This document shows positions 1 to 7,525 of a stretch of DNA of 64,000 nucleotides, piece by piece; the stretch's first letter is position 1; the number at the start of each line of letters is the position of its first letter. The stretch comes from a virus, in the IMG/VR virus record IMGVR_UViG_3300030098_006630, positions 1 through 64,000 of that record. The stretch is one strand, 5' to 3'. Both the position numbers and the translations under genes were made by a program. The notes under the pieces were generated by a model that saw only the letters and a program-made list of their open reading frames with translations, ran no database searches and was not told the DNA's origin.

Positions 1-2
1 AA

Positions 3-1724
3 AACTACTTTGACCAGTATTCCGCTGATGGTAAAGGGTTTGTCATGGTGAGATTAGAGCATCTTGCTGATGATAATAATGAAAAGAAAATCGCTCTTGT
101 TTATGATAGAGACGGACAGTTAGAAGAAATTTTTAACGCTCCTGATGATTCTATTGATGAAGATTTATGGGAGAACGCTGTTGCTGTAAATATTATTGAA
201 GGTATATTTGAAGGATCCAAATACGCGGGTAAAGGTCAGATGATTTACAATGAAATCTGGGAAACTCACACAAGAAGCGGCTGGGATGAAGAAAAAAAGG
301 TTCCTGGTATTTGGAAAGCAATTGCCAAAGGAATAATCGATAAATACAGTGATGGCGATTTAAGTGAGCCTGATTTTGATGATGGCGATGAATTAGCCGA
401 GTTTATTCACGATAGGCTTCAAGGAATCGGAAAAGAGATTGAATATCAAGGTCAGAACAATATTGAAGAAAACCCTCCTGGACCTGACCCTGCTGCTTTC
501 CAAAATATTCTAGATGAATTTGAACAAAACTCAAAGCACATATATATAAACCTAGAAGACTATGATGAATCAGTATATTTCTCAGGTGGGTTGACTTTTG
601 AATTTGATGAGATTGATGAAATGGACTGGGTTGGCGACCCTGACTTTGGCTGGAATGGCGATGAAGCCGAAAAGGTTACAGATATTGCCAGAGAAGTTAT
701 GGACGACAACTACATTTATCCTGATGAGATTGAAGTAGATTGGTCTGAAGGGTATAGAAGAAATCCAGACACAGGTGCATATGAAAGAACAGGAGATCAT
801 CATCTTTCAATTCGCGTCAGCCTTCACCCTGATTATAACGAACCTCAAACACCCGATGGGTTTAAAGAATTTGCCGATCGCTTGCTAGGATATGATGAAA
901 ACTACGAAGCTGCGAAAGATGCTATATTGCAAGCATTCTACACCAACAATCTTCTTAAGTCCGAAGCACTTGCCAACGCTCAACAAATCCAAGTTGAACT
1001 TGAGAACGATCTTAAGCACTTTGATGAGATTAAGATTGGTGATGGAGAGATTACTGCCTATGGCGACCTTCATGTTCAACTACCCCGCATCCCTGCTGAT
1101 TTCTTTGAACTTTCCCGCAAGATGGGAACAGGCGAGAACCCAGGGGAGTGGTACGATAGGAAAGATGGACTCACTGGTATGGCGCGGGGAATGAAAGAAA
1201 GCTATATTGACTTCCTAAAAAATAAACTTCTTAGATTGATGGATGATGCTGTAACTCGTCAAAGATTTAAATCTTCTATTGGAAAGATTTTTAAGAAAGC
1301 CGAAGAAGATGCTGATAAACAACTGGAACTTCCGCTACAGGAAGCGGACAATCCTTATGAGTTAGGCAACTTTACTTACTCAACAGTTCCAAGTCAAAGA
1401 GTATATCACCCAGAAAGCGGAAAGTTTACAGTTCCTTTCTATGTTGAGATTCCTTTAAGAGACGATTCACTTAAATGGAACATGCAGTTTTTACGAGACG
1501 TTGATAGGTTCTGGAGCTTGATTGAAGATGCTTATGAAGCGGCTTGGACTGGAATGATTGAAGATTTTGTGGCTCACAACACAACCTACGTTAAAAGATA
1601 TCTTTCCATGTGGGATGAGAAAGAAGCCGAAGAAAAACAACAAGCAGCTATTGATGCCGAAAGAAAATCTTGGGACGATGCGATGAATGAACATTTCCAA
1701 GGGTGGAGGAACTTCTTAAAATGA
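3..1724 (+). CDS. Large acidic phage protein, 5'-partial; probable head-associated protein
   Basis: Frame is open from the window start (NYFDQYSADGKGFVM...), so 45 is not the true start. Very D/E-rich; ends MNEHFQGWRNFLK. Confidence 0.75.
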   Translation, partial: NYFDQYSADGKGFVMVRLEHLADDNNEKKIALVYDRDGQLEEIFNAPDDSIDEDLWENAVAVNIIEGIFEGSKYAGKGQMIYNEIWETHTRSGWDEEKKVPGIWKAIAKGIIDKYSDGDLSEPDFDDGDELAEFIHDRLQGIGKEIEYQGQNNIEENPPGPDPAAFQNILDEFEQNSKHIYINLEDYDESVYFSGGLTFEFDEIDEMDWVGDPDFGWNGDEAEKVTDIAREVMDDNYIYPDEIEVDWSEGYRRNPDTGAYERTGDHHLSIRVSLHPDYNEPQTPDGFKEFADRLLGYDENYEAAKDAILQAFYTNNLLKSEALANAQQIQVELENDLKHFDEIKIGDGEITAYGDLHVQLPRIPADFFELSRKMGTGENPGEWYDRKDGLTGMARGMKESYIDFLKNKLLRLMDDAVTRQRFKSSIGKIFKKAEEDADKQLELPLQEADNPYELGNFTYSTVPSQRVYHPESGKFTVPFYVEIPLRDDSLKWNMQFLRDVDRFWSLIEDAYEAAWTGMIEDFVAHNTTYVKRYLSMWDEKEAEEKQQAAIDAERKSWDDAMNEHFQGWRNFLK

Positions 1725-2143
1725 AAAAATTCTTACCAAAAAACTGGAAGCCGCTATTCATAGAGAACTCTAAAGTTCCTGTGTGGCTTTCTAAAATCGC
1801 ACCCCTTAATATAGGGGCAATCTGTCTTTTCGTCGTTGTCTTCTCAAGAGGCAAAGCCGATGAGGTTACCCGAAGACATGAGACAGTTCACTTCCAACAA
1901 TGCATTGATACTTTAGTTATAGGAACTTTACTTCTTTATCTTTGGGATTGGATTTGGGGTCTTATTAAGTACAGAAAAGATTGGAAGGGTCAAAAAACCA
2001 CTCGTGGTTATGATTACACATCTGCTGCTAATAAAGCTTATCACCGTGTTAGAGCGGAACAAGAAGCTTATACTAATGAACTGGATGTAGATTATCTACA
2101 AAACAGAAAACGTTGGCGATGGATGTGGAAGTATAAAGTGTGA
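1721..2143 (+). CDS. Putative zinc metallopeptidase-like protein (HExxH)
   Basis: ATGA overlap with the upstream stop; RRHETVHFQQ followed by a hydrophobic stretch and EQEAY. Confidence 0.65.
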   Translation: MKKFLPKNWKPLFIENSKVPVWLSKIAPLNIGAICLFVVVFSRGKADEVTRRHETVHFQQCIDTLVIGTLLLYLWDWIWGLIKYRKDWKGQKTTRGYDYTSAANKAYHRVRAEQEAYTNELDVDYLQNRKRWRWMWKYKV

Positions 2144-2370
2144 AAAAGTTTTTTAAAAAAATAGATTATAAGTTATTGATTTTATTGATTATTATCTTTG
2201 TAGGGATAATCCTATCGGTATGTCTTCCACGTATAGAATACTCGGATAAAATAGTAATTGAGATAGACAAAAAAACTTGTTCTGTATCTCTCCTAGATAA
2301 AGACAAACTGATAGCGAAACTTAAATCTAATAAAAAAGACTGTAAAGTTTACATCTTAAAACACGATTAA
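2140..2370 (+). CDS. Small membrane protein
   Basis: GTGA overlap with the upstream stop; single N-terminal hydrophobic helix. Confidence 0.55.
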   Translation: MKKFFKKIDYKLLILLIIIFVGIILSVCLPRIEYSDKIVIEIDKKTCSVSLLDKDKLIAKLKSNKKDCKVYILKHD

Positions 2371-2621
2371 TACTTGCTTACTAGTTCTAGACTCTTCGGA
2401 TTACACCAGTTTGCTCCGCCTTTAGCGAAGTATACTTCGATGACTTGTTTAATCTCATCATCGCCTTCCCAATTCTCAACACTTAAAACAATGCCAATAT
2501 CAGTTAAATCATTCTTGTTTGGCTCATCTACAATGTAAGGTATCTCAGGCGAAGAGTACCACCATTTTACGAGATCGCCAGTCTTGAAACCTGAAGTTGG
2601 GTTTTTTGAAACCATCTCCAT
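2367..2621 (-). CDS. Small SH3/KOW-like hypothetical protein
   Basis: FKTGDLVKW...GIVL...IEVYF...LELVS beta-barrel pattern. Confidence 0.6.
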   Translation of the reverse strand: MEMVSKNPTSGFKTGDLVKWWYSSPEIPYIVDEPNKNDLTDIGIVLSVENWEGDDEIKQVIEVYFAKGGANWCNPKSLELVSKY

Positions 2622-2992
2622 AAATATATTTGGTTCTGGAATTTCTTTCTTCTTCTTTCTTGATAGAATTTAATCTTTTTCATCTTACGCTTAAGTTTTC
2701 TCGAACGACGATCCTTAAAAAATTGTAATTTTTTCAAAGCTCTTCTTTCCTTTAGGGAGAGACTGTTTGTTTTCACAAACTGAATATTCAAGGGGTTGTA
2801 TAACTTTTTTCCGTTGGATGGTGTATTACTGATTTTATAAAGATTTAGAGTATTTCCCACTTCAGTATCAACATAGTTTATTTTATCTGAGCGATGTAGC
2901 TGCTTGGTAGTTTGAATAAATTTATTTGCCGATGCGGAGGAGGCAGGAATCATAAGAAACAGCCAAAGCATTAGAATTATTAGTTTTTTCAT
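2567..2992 (-). CDS. Secreted hypothetical protein with basic C-terminus
   Basis: Signal peptide MKKLIILMLWLFLMIPASSASA; GGAG upstream on the minus strand. Confidence 0.6.
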   Translation of the reverse strand: MKKLIILMLWLFLMIPASSASANKFIQTTKQLHRSDKINYVDTEVGNTLNLYKISNTPSNGKKLYNPLNIQFVKTNSLSLKERRALKKLQFFKDRRSRKLKRKMKKIKFYQERRRKKFQNQIYLWRWFQKTQLQVSRLAIS

Positions 2993-3132
2993 TTTAAAAA
3001 CACTCCAGTTTGATGTCTTGTCTATACATAGACAGGTCTTTTATTAAGCGACCTTAATATTTTACTTTTTTTTTGACTATTTAAGGAATAATTTTCTACC
3101 TCTTTGTAGAAAATAGAAGAGGGAACTGAGAA

Positions 3133-3285
3133 ATGGAAAAATTTGTAATCACTGAGGGTTATAACGAACTGCATTTAATGATTTTAGAAATTTTTAAAGA
3201 TAATAAAAAAGTTGAAGTAGTTATGGATAGAAGGAATAAGCAAGACAAACTTAAGTATAAGCACGATAAATGTCTCTTTCAATAG
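3133..3285 (+). CDS. 50-aa hypothetical protein absent from the ORF track (MEKFVITEGY...VEVVMDRR...CLFQ)
   Basis: Hand-translated; AAGAGGG Shine-Dalgarno about 10 nt upstream; fills the gap before 3270. Confidence 0.5.
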   Translation: MEKFVITEGYNELHLMILEIFKDNKKVEVVMDRRNKQDKLKYKHDKCLFQ

Positions 3286-3497
3286 AAATTTTTAAAACTG
3301 GCAAGTTAGTAAAATTTAAAGATAATTGGCTTAAAGAAAACAAGCAAGATCCCGATGTTAAAGAGTGTCATTTTGGTATTATTTTAGGGGCAGCTACTTC
3401 TGAAAGTCAGATTCTTTATAAAATCTATTGGTTTCCCATAAATAAAATTTTTTATGATGATGATTGGAGAATAGAAGCTTTTGAAGAACAGATTTAA
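3270..3497 (+). CDS. Small SH3/KOW-like hypothetical protein
   Basis: FKTGKLVKF...GIIL...YKIYWF pattern, resembling 2367-2621. Confidence 0.55.
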   Translation: MSLSIEIFKTGKLVKFKDNWLKENKQDPDVKECHFGIILGAATSESQILYKIYWFPINKIFYDDDWRIEAFEEQI

Positions 3498-3672
3498 AAT
3501 TCTTTATAATATGATAAAGAACACCAAGCATGGTAAACTTTATTTAGGATATTATTTATTAGCTTCTTCTTTAGATAAAATTATCTTCTTTATTACTTTA
3601 GGTTTTCTTAAGGTTAACTTAAAAAGAAGAGTTTATAAGTCTTATATCAAATACAGACTAAAGAATAAATAA
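3481..3672 (+). CDS. Small hypothetical protein (start may be 3511)
   Basis: Short ORF in operon-like spacing; no motif recognised. Confidence 0.4.
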   Translation: MKNRFKILYNMIKNTKHGKLYLGYYLLASSLDKIIFFITLGFLKVNLKRRVYKSYIKYRLKNK

Positions 3673-3721
3673 TACTATTATTATTATATATTATATATAT
3701 TATATAGACTGACGGTTTTTA

Positions 3722-5638
3722 ATGAGTTTTTTCAAGCAAGCGATTTTATTAATATTTTTTGTTGTTAGTGGTTGCAGTGAATCTTTTTTAGATAAACCTG
3801 AAATTATTCCTACTCCTCAAGAAGCAATAAACGAACCTCCAACTCCTGTCATATCTTCAGAAGAATATGAAAAGAAATGCCACAGAAGAGAATATTATTT
3901 CTGCCCAGGAGTAGGTGGACCTTTACATCGGATTGAAATAGTAAAAGATATTTGTAAAGACCCCCCGGAAGTTATTTCTATTAGTGAATGTCAGGAGTTT
4001 CTTGAGTGTGACCCCAGTCAATTTAAAATGGGTGAAGAAGACTGCACAACGGACGAAGGACTACCAGGAACTAAAACCATCTATTGTGATAAAGGGTTTA
4101 TTAAAGATGGTCAATGTAAAACTGACTGTGTTGAAGAGATCTGCAACGGCATCGACGATGATTGTGATGGAGAGGTGGATGAAGGTCAATTAAATGCATG
4201 TGGCGAATGCGGCGTAGAAGACCCAGAAATCTGCGACGGTATAGACAATAATTGTAATGGAACGACAGACGAAGATTTAATTCAACCTTGTTCAACTATC
4301 TGTGACCAAGGTTATGAAATCTGCGAAGACGGTAGCTGGAATTCGTGCACCGCAAAACAACCCCAGCCAGAAATCTGCGACGGCATCGATAACGACTGCG
4401 ATGGCGAAGTAGACGAAGATTTAGATTGTTTGTGCACTATAAAAGATATCGGGACTTTATTTCCCTGCGAGGAGGAACCTTTATTGTGTGGAACTGGTTA
4501 TAAAACGTGCGAATGTAAAAACGCCGATTGTACAACTTTAGGGTTTACTCCTTGTTTTGCTATGTGTGCATGGATAATACCAGTGGACTCTGATTGTGAT
4601 CCCTATGCAGGAAAGCCTCTTCCTTATGAATTATGTAACAATCATGATGACAATTGCAATCAATTAATAGATGAAGATTTATATGAAGTGTGTTACACAG
4701 GACCTCCTGAGACTATGGACGTAGGCATATGCCAGTCAGGAATTGCAACTTGTTTCGAAGGCTCTTGGGGTAATTATACCGACGCCGGGGATTTTATATC
4801 TGGATACTGTAAGGATGAAATCTTACCTATGCCTGAAGATAAGTGTAATGGCGAAGATGAAGACTGCGATGGCAAAGTCGATAAAGACAAAGAAATGCAA
4901 GATACCGACATATTGTTTATCGTCGATTGGTCAGGGTCGATGATGGATGAGATAGAAGCAGTCTTAATTGCTTTAAATCAATTTGCAAAAAATTATAAAG
5001 ACGAAGAAGTTATACAATGGGGTTTGATTGTAGGACCAAGAGTACCAGGAACTTACGGAAACAATAATTATCTTGAAATAGTAAGCGATCTTAATTCCTT
5101 TGAAGATTTTATGTCAAGCTTTTCTTCTCTAGACAAAGACACTATGGACGGTCAGTTTGAAATGTTATACGATGCACTGTATTTGGCTATTTTAGATCTT
5201 TCAAGTACGGAACCTTGGCAGCTTGATGAGTTGACATGGACCACTATGGTAGGTTCATCAATCGCTGATTCTATCCCTAGTCTTCAAAATTTTAAGATTA
5301 ACTGGAGACCAAATGCCAAAAGAGTTATTATTGTGTTTTCCGATGAGCATGGACAAAGCTATATGATTCCTAAAAGTATCTTAGGGAGTAACTGGAACTC
5401 TAATTATGATGGCGTAACACAAGGTATTTTATTACAAATGCTAGCTTCAACATCAGAGACAACAGTTTATACTTTTACTAATAAAAACAGCAAAGATGCG
5501 AGTATGCCATTTGGAAACACAGGCTGGGAGCCATTAGCTACTCAATCAGGTGGAAAATGGTTTGAGCTTAAACATAGTCCCGCAGAGATGTATAATAACT
5601 TAATGGAAATAATTGATGCGGAAGTTTGCGGAAATTAA
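3722..5638 (+). CDS. Cys-rich lipoprotein with MopE-type metal-binding repeats and a C-terminal vWA domain
   Basis: Lipobox VSGC; five E-x-C-x-G-x-D-x-x-C-x-G-x-x-D-E-type repeats; MIDAS motif DILFIVDWSGSM; later vWA strands RVIIVFSDE and SGGKWF. Confidence 0.85.
   Translation: MSFFKQAILLIFFVVSGCSESFLDKPEIIPTPQEAINEPPTPVISSEEYEKKCHRREYYFCPGVGGPLHRIEIVKDICKDPPEVISISECQEFLECDPSQFKMGEEDCTTDEGLPGTKTIYCDKGFIKDGQCKTDCVEEICNGIDDDCDGEVDEGQLNACGECGVEDPEICDGIDNNCNGTTDEDLIQPCSTICDQGYEICEDGSWNSCTAKQPQPEICDGIDNDCDGEVDEDLDCLCTIKDIGTLFPCEEEPLLCGTGYKTCECKNADCTTLGFTPCFAMCAWIIPVDSDCDPYAGKPLPYELCNNHDDNCNQLIDEDLYEVCYTGPPETMDVGICQSGIATCFEGSWGNYTDAGDFISGYCKDEILPMPEDKCNGEDEDCDGKVDKDKEMQDTDILFIVDWSGSMMDEIEAVLIALNQFAKNYKDEEVIQWGLIVGPRVPGTYGNNNYLEIVSDLNSFEDFMSSFSSLDKDTMDGQFEMLYDALYLAILDLSSTEPWQLDELTWTTMVGSSIADSIPSLQNFKINWRPNAKRVIIVFSDEHGQSYMIPKSILGSNWNSNYDGVTQGILLQMLASTSETTVYTFTNKNSKDASMPFGNTGWEPLATQSGGKWFELKHSPAEMYNNLMEIIDAEVCGN
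4136..4890 (+). repeat. Five imperfect Cys/Asp protein repeats (EICNGIDDDCDGEVDE type)
   Basis: EICNGIDDDCDGEVDEG, EICDGIDNNCNGTTDED, EICDGIDNDCDGEVDED, ELCNNHDDNCNQLIDED, DKCNGEDEDCDGKVDKD. Confidence 0.85.
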
Positions 5639-5640
5639 TA

Positions 5641-5647
5641 CTACTTA
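5641..5647 (+). promoter_or_regulatory. Candidate late promoter motif CTACTTA
   Basis: Matches the (C/A)TANTTA motif recurring upstream of many genes; followed by an AAGGAG SD and ATG at 5669. Confidence 0.5.
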
Positions 5648-5668
5648 TAGTCACAAGGAGATTGTAAT

Positions 5669-5968
5669 ATGAAGATTACAAAAGAAAAATTAAAAAACCT
5701 CATTAAAGAAGAATTACAGAGAACCCTAGAAGACGTAGGTTCGGTTAAGGACCAAGCCGATGTACTTACTATCTTTAGAAAAATTCCTGATGAGATGATG
5801 GCTAAAGTAGATAGACCATTAGAAATTTTAGACTTATTAGACGAAATATTCAACAGGTTAGGAGCGCAAGATTTTAAACGTGCAGCGCCAATTATTAAGC
5901 CTTATCTAAGAAATGTTTTACTTCAGCTCGATAGATGGGATGAACCCTCTGAAGAGTCAGAAGTTTAA
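5669..5968 (+). CDS. Putative head-associated protein
   Basis: N-terminal MKITKEKLKNLIKEEL amphipathic leader; strong SD. Confidence 0.7.
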   Translation: MKITKEKLKNLIKEELQRTLEDVGSVKDQADVLTIFRKIPDEMMAKVDRPLEILDLLDEIFNRLGAQDFKRAAPIIKPYLRNVLLQLDRWDEPSEESEV

Positions 5969-6002
5969 AATGAGATAAAAATTTTGAAAATATAGGCAAA
6001 CT

Positions 6003-6206
6003 ATGGATAAACTTAATTTTAATTTAGATGTTGAAGAGCTAGATAGTGCAACATGCGAAAACTGCGGAGGCGGATACTTTACTCCTTGTTTTATCATCAA
6101 AAAAGTATCTGCCCTACAGTCCCCTACAGGTCAAAAAATGATGATTCCTATACAAGTGTTTAAATGTGATAGTTGTGGAGAAGTGATTAACACTCTTGAC
6201 AACTAA
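6003..6206 (+). CDS. Zinc-ribbon protein
   Basis: CENC ... CDSC pairs with SALQSPTGQ between them. Confidence 0.75.
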   Translation: MDKLNFNLDVEELDSATCENCGGGYFTPCFIIKKVSALQSPTGQKMMIPIQVFKCDSCGEVINTLDN

Positions 6207-6209
6207 TTA
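6203..6209 (+). promoter_or_regulatory. Candidate late promoter motif CTAATTA
   Basis: 5 nt upstream of the ATG at 6215, which has no SD. Confidence 0.45.
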
Positions 6210-6214
6210 TCTGT

Positions 6215-6997
6215 ATGAAAAACTCATGGAAAACATTTAAAAGTGCTATTTTAGAAGGTCGAGTTCTTTCACTTCCTTCTTTGCGAGTGAAAGATGATCT
6301 TGATCGTGAGATTTGGAATGAAAGAGACCAGCTTAAGCCAGAAATTAGAGAAAAACTACTTGAAATTGCTAAAGATTTCTGGGAAAACCAAGATTTAGAC
6401 CATGTAGAGATTAAAGATATCATCTTCACAGGCTCTTTAGCAAATTACAACTGGTCAAAATTCTCCGATATTGATCTTCATATTGTTATTGACTATACAG
6501 ATGTGAATAAAGACGCAGAATTAGTAAGAAAATACTTCAATTCTATTAAAAGCGTCTGGAATAAAGACCATGATATTCGCATTAAAGACTATGAAGTAGA
6601 AATGTATGTTCAAGATTACCTCGAACCGCACATCGCAACCGGTATTTACTCAGTGGAAAACGACGAATGGGTCAAAAAACCAAGCAAATTCAATCCAGAG
6701 ATTGATTATAAGTGCGTGACAATCAAAGCAAACTGCATCATGGACGAGATTGATGATATTCAAAGAGACTTTGATGAAGGTGAGTATGAAAAAGTTCATA
6801 AAAACGCCATTTCTTTAAAAGAAAAAATCAGGAATATGAGAAAATCCGGTCTTGAAACAGGAGGAGCATTCTCTGTTGAAAACTTGGCTTTTAAGGTCCT
6901 CCGAAGAAGCGTATATTTGAAAAAACTTAACGACCTAAAGCTCATGTCATATGATAAACTACAGTCAATGGATGAAAAAATTACAACAGAGGTTTAA
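6215..6997 (+). CDS. Pol-beta superfamily nucleotidyltransferase
   Basis: hG[S]x9DxD signature FTGSLANYNWSKFSDIDLHI; third acidic residue in YEVEMYVQ; C-terminal ENLAFKVLRR. Confidence 0.8.
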   Translation: MKNSWKTFKSAILEGRVLSLPSLRVKDDLDREIWNERDQLKPEIREKLLEIAKDFWENQDLDHVEIKDIIFTGSLANYNWSKFSDIDLHIVIDYTDVNKDAELVRKYFNSIKSVWNKDHDIRIKDYEVEMYVQDYLEPHIATGIYSVENDEWVKKPSKFNPEIDYKCVTIKANCIMDEIDDIQRDFDEGEYEKVHKNAISLKEKIRNMRKSGLETGGAFSVENLAFKVLRRSVYLKKLNDLKLMSYDKLQSMDEKITTEV

Positions 6998-6998
6998 A

Positions 6999-7277
6999 AT
7001 GTCTAAAAAGATTACTCCTATGGAATTAGCAGAGCGATGGGGCATAGCCTATATTGTTGATGCTAGCAATCATGAAGTTTGGAAAGAGACTTTTATGGCT
7101 TTAGGCACCGCTACGGTGTATTTAGACCATAAAGAAAAAGAAATTGAAAAATTATTTAATGAATTAACAGTCTTGAGAGAAGATATCGATGTATATACAG
7201 TAGCATTAGAACTGGCATCAAAAAAATATGAATTTAATATTGAAGAATTGCTTTTAGAGGCAGAAAAAACTATTTAA
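6999..7277 (+). CDS. Hypothetical protein with a coiled-coil segment
   Basis: AGAGG SD before ATG 6999; the track start at 6951 overlaps the upstream gene. Confidence 0.6.
   Translation: MSKKITPMELAERWGIAYIVDASNHEVWKETFMALGTATVYLDHKEKEIEKLFNELTVLREDIDVYTVALELASKKYEFNIEELLLEAEKTI
7270..7276 (+). promoter_or_regulatory. Candidate late promoter motif CTATTTA
   Basis: 4 nt upstream of the SD-less ATG at 7281. Confidence 0.5.
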
Positions 7278-7280
7278 ATT

Positions 7281-7523
7281 ATGAAATTAGCCCAACTTTT
7301 GGAAATATGGAAGAATTTCCTCGCAAAAGAGGAAGAAAAAACACAGAACGAAGACGAAATTCTTGATGAAGTAGAAGATTTCCAAAAAGCAGTCAAGCGC
7401 GGCTATGTAAAAAACAGAAACAAATACTTAAAAAGCGGACCACAAGATCCTGGTCCTGCATATCCTAAAAAACCTAAAGAAACACGAGCATTATCAGGTC
7501 CAGGACCCTTCGCAGGAGCTTAA
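7281..7523 (+). CDS. Small putative head-associated protein
   Basis: N-terminal LLEIWKNFLAKEE motif; Pro/Gly-rich tail. Confidence 0.65.
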   Translation: MKLAQLLEIWKNFLAKEEEKTQNEDEILDEVEDFQKAVKRGYVKNRNKYLKSGPQDPGPAYPKKPKETRALSGPGPFAGA

Positions 7524-7525
7524 AA

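Noticed and set aside
3091-3122. H-type pseudoknot
   Set aside because: Only 2 nt would have to span the 9-bp stem, which is sterically implausible; kept only as alternative folds.
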